The translations under genes and the position numbers were made by a program. From the NCBI GenBank assembly GCA_964016885.1, contig OZ024741.1, forward strand, positions 113,708,001-113,772,000: DNA of 64,000 nt, given 5' to 3'. The notes beneath the pieces are model-generated. The model made no database searches, was not told the DNA's origin, and saw only the letters and a program-made list of their open reading frames with translations. Every line of letters starts with the position of its first letter. The first letter of the stretch is position 1. The stretch comes from Eledone cirrhosa (taxonomy: Eukaryota). This document shows positions 28,943 through 40,335 of this stretch, in pieces.

Positions 28943-29244
28943 AGTATATATATATGTATGTATATGTATGTATGTAAATATATATAAGTATGTATAATTA
29001 TGTATATAAGAAAGAAAGTGTGGAAAGGAACCAGGTGGACCATAACTCACCAGAGTACTTGACACTTAGGGTAGTAGAGTCGGTAAGAGGAAAAGAGTCA
29101 GGACCCAGACGGTTGAGCTCCAGCCATTTCGACAGCTAGATCCGAACTGTTCAGATCTAGCTGTCAAAATGGCCAGAGTTCAGCCAACCGGGTCCTGACT
29201 CTTTTCCTATGTATGTATATATGTATATTTGTATGTATATATGT

Positions 29245-31500
29245 ATGTTTGGAATGTTTTACATATTTTTACTGTTCCATTAATGGATTGTACTTATAAT
29301 TTCCTAACTAGTCATGTTCTTTCTGTTTTTGTGGAGCCTGGTTTCTCAAGATTTGTACTGAGGCAGTTACTAACATATCCCAGTGCCCCAATAATCACAG
29401 GCATAAATCTGAAGGTGTAATCAGGGTGGAGTATCTGCAGATTTCTCATCAGTTCTGCATAAATATTCTCCTTTTCACTAATCTTTGATATTATATTGGC
29501 ATCTGCTGGGCAGCTAATTTCCACTACTGTACATGCTTTCTTCTCCCTGTCCCATAACATAATATCTGGTCTGTTATGCCTGCATTTTATTTGGGTTTTT
29601 ACTGGAACATTCCACCAGTACTCTTTCATATTATGTACATGGATTTCTTCCACATTGCTGTAGCTTTTAATGTGTTTATTATCGGGGCTATCTTTTTTAC
29701 GAACTGCAATGTACAGTGTTTTGGCCACTACATCATGCCTCATAGGTAGATAGTACCGCGATGACATCTTTGGACAGCTGCTGATGATATGGGTGATATC
29801 CTTGATGTTAGTTCTGCAGAGTCTGCACTTGTTATCACATCTAGGTGTTTTTCCTGCATCCCTATCTCTTTTGTGAATCAGGTATTTTGTGTTAATCTCC
29901 TGTTCTTGGATTGCAAAAGCGTATCCTTCAAAGTGGGAGCCAATATAGCGGTTGTTGGTCCAAGATAGACTACTTTCCTTATCTATATTACTCTCACTCT
30001 GGAGCTTCCTGGCAACATATCCATGCATGATTTTTTGCTGATAAGTATGTAGTTTTTCATCCATGGATTCACTGCGATACTGCTGAGCGACTTCCCTGGG
30101 TGTGAGTTTTTGATTATCACACAGGGAATATCTCTCGAGGAGTTCCTTCCCAACTCTCATGATCTTATCTGTTTCATGCAGATAGACTTGCTCGAGAAAC
30201 GGACTCCTACGCTTTGAGGTTCGTTGATGTTGTCGGAGAGATATGATGCAACATTCAAATGTTGTCTGGACTGATGTTAGGCCTCTGCCTCCCTGCTTAC
30301 GTTTCAAGTAAAGACAGTCTATGTCACTGTTGATGTGGAAGTTTCCGGTGTTGTTTAGTATTTTTCGAGTTCCAACATCAACTGCTCGGATTTCGTCTAT
30401 CGTCCAATTGAGTATTCTAAACGTTGGTGTGAGGATAGGCACAGCAAACACATTGTGAGCCACTGTTTTGTTTTGTGCAGAGAGTTCCGATGACCAGATC
30501 TTTCTTAATCGGGTGTAGTATTTCCTGGTTACGCATTCTTTATTACAGATACCATTATAAGATATGTTCTCATCTATCCCCAGGTATCTGTAGCAGTCCT
30601 CATCAGATATCGGTGAAACAGTTAGGCTATTGATGACAATGTTGCTAGATTGGGTTGTTGCTTTTCCCCGCTTTACAGTGTTGTATGAGCATTTATCTTG
30701 GCCAAACTCCATTCCTATATCCTTTGAGAACGTTGTAACCAGGTCAAGATTTTTCTTCATCCCATCCATGTTCTTGGCATAGAGTTTCAGATCGTCTAAA
30801 AAGAAATTATGGGTTAGGTTCGTATTTCTGTCCTTCTGTGAGCCAATGATGTATCCCTCACATTTTTTGAGCAGAAAAGACAAGGGGTTTAATGACAAGA
30901 TGAATAATATCACAGAGAGACTGTCCCCCTGAAATATACCCCTGCAATATTTTATTTTATCAGTGAAAATATAATCCTCTGTCTCTGTCTTTAACTTTAG
31001 GATAGTAGCCCAAGAAGAAGACAGCCACTCTATGGCTCTGACAATAATGTCTGGGACTTTAGCAAGTCTGAGGGCCTCTATCATCCAAGAGTGGGGAACA
31101 GAATCAAAAGCTTTCCTGTAGTCCAGCCAGACTGTAGCCATACTCCTCCTAAGTTGTCGCACCTCCGACATCGCAGTTTTGTTGATTAGGAGTTGTTCAG
31201 CACATCCCCAAACCCCTTTCTTTCCAGCTGCTTGTTCATCTGTGATGATGTTATTATTTTCACAGTGATCTTGGAGGAATAGGTTCAGGCAGGCTGTATA
31301 CATCTTATACATCGGGTTCTGGCATGCAATGGGTCGGTAGCTTTTTGCCAAGTGGGTGTCTATGTTCTTGGGGACCAGTAATGTTTGTGCTAATGTCAAC
31401 CATTCTGGTATAAGTGTATCTCCCTTAAGAACTTGTTGGTAGAGGTCAGTAAGATACCTCCGATAGAATATCAGTTTTTTGTACCAGATAGAATATCAGT
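29245..31500 (-). mobile_element. 5'-truncated R4/Dong-clade non-LTR retrotransposon (RT plus restriction-like endonuclease)
   Basis: ORF 29312-31399 (695 aa): YRPIAC, WLDYRKAFDSVPH, GIFQGDSLS, FLDDLKLY, GGRGL, CCHC knuckle CRLC..HIISSC, RHD, RPDI..VVEISCP (PD-(D/E)xK). Reading continues past stops to GTVKICKTF near 29250. Flanked by TA-rich microsatellite. Confidence 0.92.
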
Positions 31501-31539
31501 TTTTTGTATGTATATATGTATGTATGTCTCTTTCTCTTA

Positions 31540-31705
31540 ATTTCGAGTATATTTTTTTGACCGGCCACCTTCCTGGTGGCAAGGTTGTAAAAGAAAAGAA
31601 AGTGTCATCCCTCCCTTGAATCGCAAGAATGTTTTGCAAATTTTGAAGGTGCCAGCTATCGCAGCCATTTGTAGACTATGAATTAGAGAGCTGCGCTTTT
31701 TGCCC
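31540..31705 (-). mobile_element. Extreme 3' fragment of a second, diverged R4/Dong-type element
   Basis: Translates [28 protein letters not shown], homologous to the tail LVRKL*VQSINGTVKICKTFQ of the adjacent element. Confidence 0.7.
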
Positions 31706-31734
31706 GTATATGTATGTATGTATATATGTATGTA

Positions 31735-31776
<42 letters not shown>

Positions 31777-32153
31777 TATGTGTGTGTATATATATATATG
31801 TGCGTATATATATATGTCTATATATATATATATGTCTCTATATATATATGTGTATATATATATGTGTACACATATATATATGTGTATATATATATATATA
31901 TATGAATATACATATATATATGTGTATATATATATGCGTATACATATATATATGTGTATATATATATATATGAGTATACATATATATATGTGTACACATA
32001 TATATATGTGTGTATATATAAATATGAGTATACATATATATATATATGTATATATATATATGTGTGTATATGTGTATATGTATGTATACATAAATGCATG
32101 TAAATATATATGTATATATATGTGCATACATATGAGTGTGTATGTATATATAT

Positions 32154-32185
<32 letters not shown>

Positions 32186-32272
32186 TTAACGTCCGTGTTC
32201 CACGCTTGCATGGGTTTGGACGGGGGTTTTCCCACTTGAGGCAAGAGTGATTGTCTTGCTCGCATAGGACTG

Positions 32273-32320
<48 letters not shown>

Positions 32321-32337
32321 TATATGTATATGTATAA

Positions 32338-32430
<93 letters not shown>
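31706..32430. repeat. Compound (TA)n/(TG)n microsatellite containing a short RTE tail
   Basis: Seen directly; representative of many such tracts (e.g. 2923-3056, 12594-12794, 38148-38437). Confidence 0.95.
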
Positions 32431-32433
<3 letters not shown>

Positions 32434-32959
32434 CTATGCATGTGCGTGTGTGTGCACATGTATGGCAAGTTAAAAGATGAAATTGCTGAAGGAGAATTAT
32501 CATTCATTTTGGGAAATTAATTAAAATAACAACAGCCACAAGAACAACAACAGCAACAACAACAACAACAATAATATCAACAACAACAGTAACATCAACA
32601 ACAACAACAAGAGCAGCGGCAGCAACAACACTCACAACTATCAGAACAGCCACAACAACAGTCACAATGAAAACAACAGCAAGAACAAGTCACAACTACA
32701 GCCACAACAATAAGAATAACAGCAACAACAACAAGAACAACATCAACAACAATAAGAACAACAACCACAACGACATCAACTACACTTAAATCAAACAAAA
32801 CCAAACAAACAAAGCAATAATTAAGCCACACACCAGTCTCTATCTAATTAAACTTTTCTCTTCAGATATTGCAAGTTATTTGGATTTCAGCTTACTTCTG
32901 CCAGCTTTCCTGTCTATGTGGGAACATTCTAATTGTTTATTTTTCGTTATTAATTAATG

Positions 32960-33115
32960 TAATCATCATCATCATCATCATCATTATCACGGTCTTCAAC
33001 ATTCATCATCATCTTGATCACCATCATCATCATTGTCATCATCATCTTCATCAACTGTCATCATCATCATCATCATCATAATCATCATCATCAACAATGT
33101 CATCATCATCAACTG

Positions 33116-33166
<51 letters not shown>

Positions 33167-33246
33167 ACAATGTCATCATCATTATCATCAACTGTCATCA
33201 TCATCATCATCATCATCAACAATGTCATCATCATTATCATCAACTG

Positions 33247-33291
<45 letters not shown>

Positions 33292-33822
33292 ACAATGTCA
33301 TCATGATCTTCATCAACATCCATCATCATGATCACTATCATTGTCATCATCATCGAAAAGAGATCATCATCATGATCTTCATCAACAGTCATCATCATCA
33401 TCCTCATCTTCATCAACAGTCATCAATATCATCATCATCCTCAGCATTGTCATCATCATCCTCAGCATTGTCATCATCATCATCATCATCATTATCTTTA
33501 AAAGTATGATTGCCATCAATATTGCCATCATTATTGTCCTCATTAGGGTGGTGGATTGGCAGTATCGGTAGAGAGTCAGATGCCATGCTTTGAAGCATAG
33601 AGTTATGGCCCTTTACAGTCAGAGTTCAAATCCTGCTGAGGTTGTCTTTGCCTGTCATCCTTCCGAGGTCAATAAAATAAAGTACCAGTAATGCACTGGG
33701 AAATTGCTGGCTTTGTGCCTAAAGTAGAAACAATTATTCTCATCATTATTCTTGTTATTGTCAGCATTGTCTCACTGCTGCATTCATTGTTCTTGCTATC
33801 AGCATTATTGGGAGTGACATTG

Positions 33823-33853
<31 letters not shown>

Positions 33854-34060
33854 TGTTATCATCATTGTCATCATTGTCCCCATCATCATCACCATCCTCA
33901 CCATCTTCATTATCACTGCCATCATCATTATCATCAAGATCCTCACCATCTTTGACATCATCATCACTGCCATCATCATTATCATCATGATCTTCACCAT
34001 CTTTATTACCAACATCATCACCACTACCATCATCATCATCACCATCATCATTGCCATGAA
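32960..34060. repeat. Large degenerate (CAT)n tract interrupted by a family B SINE
   Basis: Seen directly. Confidence 0.95.
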
Positions 34061-35269
34061 CCTAAAATGTTATTGCAGTCATCTTGATAATTGTTCATAT
34101 AACCATCCCACCCTAATCCCCTTTCATTTATTGCATTCATTGCCTTCTTTAGTGTCATCTCCACATTTTGTCATGTTTGTCATCATTACCATAGCAATCA
34201 TAATCACTATAATCATTATCAAATAATTCAAAAGATCTGTCTTGTTTTAACAAGTTATTCTGTGTCATCTGAAAGGCAAGGTAATAAAGAATTAAGACTG
34301 GTCACATCAAAAGAAGATATTAAGAAAAGTTCTTGCCAGACTGTAAATGAAAATACCAATTAGCAGAAAAAAACTTGTCTTTACTCCCTACGTCTTTACT
34401 CCCTACACCAAGCACTTTATTTACTCCAGTATCAAAAGCCTTGTGATTTCTTTTTTTTTGTTTATTTCTATACTTCATACATATTTCTGTTAAAACCTTC
34501 TTGATATTAAACCTCTTATTGAAGCCAGTACTTCTTTCTGGTAAAACTTTTTTCAATATTAATCCTTTCGGTTCCAAACCACTCTTGTTTTTATGATATA
34601 AAACTAAAGTGATTATATTCATCTAAAAATCTTCCATTATAATTTTGTATAAGAACCTTTGTTAAATTATGCTCCAAACACCAATAATGAGAAAAAAAGT
34701 ATAATTAAATCTCTCTAAATTCTTGATTATTTAAAAAAATTATATGAAAATCATATATCGTGTCATGCATTAAAAATATTTAAACAAAAAGTGTAAAATC
34801 CTACCACTATGTAAGAACCTTTATGTTCCAAATATCAGCTGAATAATGAGAAAGTTAGTTATATTATGAAATCCCTGCAAATTCTTTAAAAACAACATCT
34901 TTCATTAGAAATATGATAATGAAAAGATTAAGTCTATTATCATTGAAGCTGTGATATCATCTCTTTGTTAAAAACTTTTTTATATTAAAGCTATCTCTTT
35001 TTATTCTTACATCTTGATATTAAATCTTCTGAAGTCAACACTTCGATAGAGAGAATTAATTACAAGATTTTCAGAAGATTGATACAATCATTTCTCTTAC
35101 TATACACACACAGATATATATAAATATATAACTATGCTTCAACAAGAATGTAAACAAATCTAAGCTAAACCCATACCATCCATGAATCTAAGCAAATACA
35201 AAACACTATCCTACAATCAATCCCATTCAGAAAACCATACTACATTAGCCATAAATTAAATTTTGTATG

Positions 35270-35660
35270 AGTGTGTGAGCTGACATGGAATGAAGAATCC
35301 AGTCATTTGAGCACAAGTGCTTCAGAAGGATGCTACACATCCCAAACATGAGACACAAAACAAACAGCTTTGTCAGGCAGCAACTTCACAAATATGCTGG
35401 CAGACAGGAACTATTCCTTGCAATAGTGAAAAGACAGAAGCTTGCCTAGTATGGTCATATATCCCACCACAACTCCTTATCCAAAACCATCTTTCAGGGA
35501 ACAGTCAAGTGAAGGGGAAGAAGAGACAGGCAAAGAAAATCCTAGTCTGACAACATCAAAGACTAGACTGGTCACAACACTGAGACCCTTCTACACATGA
35601 AATAGAGACCAATGGTAACAACTGACTACAAAAGTGTCTAGAGTGGCACCCTATCGACAG
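35270..35660 (+). mobile_element. Decayed RTE-type LINE 3' fragment (third family); similar minus-strand remnant at ~45610-45940
   Basis: RIQSFEHKCFRRMLHI..KTIFQGTV..RQ.KS*SDNIKD*TG pattern across frameshifts. Confidence 0.6.
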
Positions 35661-35823
35661 GTTGCACTAGTTGTGGGTACATGACTCATGACATGACAAA
35701 TTCAAACATGTCCTTAATACCATACCCCAGCTCTCTCAGCCAAATAACAACCAACCTGATCCAATTAATGATAAGGGGTGCCAGACCTCATCAGCCATCA
35801 TAATACGTAGTTATTGAATATAT

Positions 35824-36158
35824 ATGGCTTAGTGGTTAGAGCATTGGCCTTGCAATTGAAAGGTTGTGAGTTCAATTCTCAGACCGAGTGATGTGTTGTT
35901 TCCTTGAGCAAGACACTTTATTTCACATTGCTCCAGTTTACTCAGCTGTAGAAATGAGATGATAGGGACTGAGGTCCCTATCATTCCACTGCAAAGTGGT
36001 CGTGGAGGTGCCACGGCAAAAAAACACCCAGCACTCACTGTAAATGAGGTTGGTGTTAGGAAGGGCATCCAGCTGTAGAAATCAAGCTAGAATCAGTTCC
36101 CGTCCCACCCTTGCAAGCAGGGAAAAGCAGACGTAAAATGAAATGATGATGATGATGA
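35824..36158 (+). mobile_element. SINE family A
   Basis: Near identity to the 3061 copy. Confidence 0.9.
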
Positions 36159-36184
36159 TATATATATATATATATATATACACA

Positions 36185-36523
36185 TACACTTGTCCCCTGA
36201 TATTTGCAAGGGTTACATTCCTAGAGCACCCGCAAAGAGGGAAAAATTGCAAATATTGGAAGTGGTCCATAAAAATGTCTATAAACGTCAAAATATAATG
36301 TAAGAAATAATTAAAAAAGTGGGAGTGTCTTATGCTAAAGGGCGTCCAATAGGCCGGAAAATACAGTATATTGTTATTAATAATTTAGCATTTAAAGAAG
36401 CCATAAAAAAAATCGAGGAAGATGTTCAAGATTCCACAAATCTGCAGTGGTTTTCACGAACAATTATTAGTTAGGTTCTAAAAAAAATTCCGTGAATAAC
36501 CAGGACCACAAATGCTGGAGATA

Positions 36524-36530
<7 letters not shown>
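36185..36530. mobile_element. Possible pogo/Tigger-like MITE remnants
   Basis: TA-flanked ends cacttgtcccctgatatttgc..cacaaatgctggagatacact and internal ggccggaaaatacagta TIR-like word. Confidence 0.35.
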
Positions 36531-36557
<27 letters not shown>

Positions 36558-37533
36558 GTAGAACACTGGAAGGTAATATCAATAGTGGTAGAGCACTAAG
36601 TCCATGGGACAAGTTAGGTAGAAGTGGTTACACAACAGTTAGTTCACCTTAGCGGATCCTCAGCTGAGGATCCGCTAAGGTGAAACAATTGTTCTCGGTA
36701 TGGTGAACTAACTGTTGTGTAACCACTTCTATATATATATATATATATGACAGGAAATGTCAGTCACACAAAGAATAAAATAAGTATTTTGAAAATACTG
36801 ATTAACAGTGCCACAAACAATTGTTAAGTTTAAGTAAGTGTGGAAAAAAACAAAGCAACAGGAAAATACAGTACTCAAATTTCTGACTAAATCACTTTCT
36901 AACCAGTCATTTGAAAAGAAAAAGAAAATTCAAGAACACTAGCTCTTTTAAAAAAATTTTAGAAAGTTGTGAAATCTTTTTAAAATGTTGGTTATAAGAG
37001 TTTCAGTCAAATAATTCTTACATTCATGATGATGATGATAATGATAATGATGTTGGTGATGGTGATGAGGAAGATAAGTAAAACATACCAAGTGATGTGT
37101 GAAGATATACGAACACGAACAGACATTTTCCGCAACAAATAATTACATAATAAAACATAATTTGCTCTGATAAAGATTAGTGTTTGCCTATAATTTGTGA
37201 TGATAAACTGCAGAAATGGTTGGTATTTTCTGTCTTGTTATTAACAAAACATGATGGGTAGGGTATATATTATGGTGTATAGCAAAGTCTCCTTTCGGTA
37301 GTCATTTCAAATAAGCAATAATTGAGTTCAATGGAAGACATTCTGATTCTATCGAGAGATGATTTGTAACATTGTGAATTAGACAGCTAACATAATGATG
37401 TGTTTGAACATTTTATGTAAAGTTCCATTCAACTACATACACACATTAACATTTATATGTGTGTGCGGTTGAGGTAGTAGTATATATATGTACAAATGTG
37501 TATGTGTGTATATATATGTGTATATATATATAT

Positions 37534-38146
37534 GGAGGCACATGGCTTAGTGGTTAGAGCATTGGCCTTGCAATCGAAAGGTTGTGAGTTCAATTCTCAG
37601 ACCGGGTGATGTGTTGTTTCCTTGAGCAAGACACTTTATTTCACACTGCTCCAGTTTACTCAGCTGTAGAAATGAGATGATAGGGACTGGGGTCCCTATG
37701 ATTCCACTGCAAAGTGGTCGTGGAGGTGCCACGGCAAAAAAGCACCCAGCACTCACTGTAAACGAGGTTGGTGTTAGGAAGGGCATCCTGCTGTAGAAAT
37801 CAAGCTAGAATCAGTTCCTGTCCCACCCTTGCAAGCAGGGAAAAGCAGACGTAAAATGATGATGATGATGACACCTACATCATTTCATCATCATCATTTC
37901 ATTTTACGTCCGCTTTTCCCTGCTTGCAAGGGTCGGACGGGAACTGATTCTGGCTTGATTTCTACAGCTGGATGCCCTTCCTAACACCAACCTCATTTAC
38001 AGTGAGTGCTGGGTGCTTTTTTGCCGTGGCACCTCCATGACCACTTTGCAGTGGAATGATATGGACCCCAGTCCCTATCATCTCATTTCTACAGCTGAGT
38101 AAACTGGAGCAATGTGAAATAAAGTGTCTTGCTCAAGGAAACAACC
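37534..38146. mobile_element. Two family A SINEs tail-to-tail (37534-37870 plus, 37885-38146 minus)
   Basis: Both match the 3061 copy; separated by ~15 bp. Confidence 0.9.
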
Positions 38147-38195
<49 letters not shown>

Positions 38196-38208
38196 ATTTG
38201 TATGTATG

Positions 38209-38239
<31 letters not shown>

Positions 38240-38286
38240 GTATATATATATATGTATATTTGTATGTATGTATATATATATATATG

Positions 38287-38317
<31 letters not shown>

Positions 38318-38538
38318 GTGTATATTTGTATGTATATATATATATATATGTATATTTGTATGTATATATATATATATGTATATTTGTATGTATATATATA
38401 TATATATATGTATGTATATATATATATGTATGTATATAAACCCGCCAGACAATCCTATACAAGCAAGACAACCAATCTTGCCTCAAGTGGGAAAACTCCC
38501 ATCCAAACCCATGCAAGTGTGGAAGATGGACGTTAAAC

Positions 38539-38569
<31 letters not shown>

Positions 38570-38856
38570 TATATTCGTATGTATATATAAATGTATATCA
38601 TCATCATTGTTTAACATCCATTCTTTCATGCTAGCAAAACGAGTTGTTCTGTTGACAAGCCAGGTCAGATGACCATGCTTTGCTCTTACAAATCTGATTT
38701 TGGGTTGATTTCTACAACTGAATGCTCTTCCTAATGACAATCACATTTACAGTGTGTGCTGGGTGATTTTTGTTGTGACACCTACATGACCACTTTACAG
38801 TGTTTCTGCTGGATTCCACTATATATACAGCTATGTTGTAGCTAAATTTTAATATA

Positions 38857-38895
<39 letters not shown>

Positions 38896-38971
38896 AAAAG
38901 AACTTGATGGGCAAGCTGTTCCATTATTTGAATAACTGTAACATTTGTCATTGAATCTAACAGAAGTCCAC

Positions 38972-39025
<54 letters not shown>

Positions 39026-39145
39026 TTATATGTGTGTGTGTGTGTGCATAAACATATACATATATACATATATATCATCATCATCATCATTTAACGGGAA
39101 AGATAGATGTTAAACAATGATGATGATTATATGTATATGTTTATG

Positions 39146-39179
<34 letters not shown>

Positions 39180-40049
39180 TTGCGAATGTGTTTGTGTGTG
39201 TGTTTTATGTGTTGTGTTGTGTTGTGGACTTCTGTTAGATTCAATGACAAGTGTTACAGTTATTCAAATAAGGGAACAGCTTGCTCATCAAATTCTTTTC
39301 CAGCTTAGTGGACAAGAGAAATGTAAAATAAAGTGTCTTGCTTAAGGACACAACATACTTCCAGGAATTGAGCTCAGAACTTTACATATTTTGCCATAGT
39401 TATAACATGATGAGCAGCTTTAGTAAATTTGAGTTTCTTTTTGCAAAGAATATTTTTGGTGCCAATAAATAAATTTGGTTTCATAAGGAAATCTTTTGTG
39501 TTTTGAAGAGTCATTAATGGACTATCATTATAAATTTTACTATCTCATATGTCAAATACATACTTTATTTCTTACCTTTTTTTCTGATTGTGACGCCTCA
39601 TATTGTTATAAACATTTCAAGCAGCTAGTCAGAGAGATAATGTGTAAAAAAAAAATCATCAGTTTTATTATATATATTCCTATATTTAGTAGATTTAGCC
39701 ATAAGATTTTCAATGTAGCTAATGACGTTTCTCCATTTCTAAATTTTAATAAAAGCTGAACATAAAAATAAGGTTGCAACATTCTCTCACCTAGTTTGCC
39801 AAGATGTTTTGTGAGTTGCTTAGGGATTTAAAGAGTTCTTCTTGTCATTTCTTATTTACAGAACATTTTATTTTACTCTTGTAATGAATTTAGCTAAGCA
39901 TAGCAATTCAAGTAATACAAAAAGTACATTCCTAGGCTAAAGAAAAATAAGAATTTCTGGGATACAGAAAAGTGACAAAAAACTAAAACTAAATCATTTC
40001 ATACAGGAGTTACTACAGATAACCTATTTGAAACTAATTTTATGGCTTG

Positions 40050-40335
40050 GAGCACTATGATAAACAGAAGGGGACTATCTATTAAGCTATGAAGTACACC
40101 AGTTTGGGCGACAATAATAAACAGAAGAGGCTAAATACTAATCCCTGAAGTACACCAACTTTGAAGGACTATAGTAAAGAGAAGTTACTAAGTACTAAGC
40201 TCTGAAGTACACTAGTCTAGAGGACTATAATAAACAGAAAGGGCCTATCTACTAAGCCAGGAAGTGCATCAGCTTGTAGCATTAAAATAAACAGAAGGGG
40301 GACTATCTACTAAGTCCTGAAATACACCAGTCTGC
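40050..40335. repeat. Degenerate ~56-57-bp minisatellite, five units
   Basis: Recurring taaacagaag..ctatctactaag..tgaagtacaccag. Confidence 0.8.

Noticed and set aside
32866-32930. Strong acceptor ctcttcAG as an exon start
   Set aside because: No convincing donor or recognisable peptide.
34320-34622. 100-aa lysine-rich ORF
   Set aside because: No recognisable motif; AT-rich and starts within a MITE-like repeat.
40050-40335. CRISPR-like array
   Set aside because: Whole units are homologous with no unique spacers; eukaryotic context, no cas genes.
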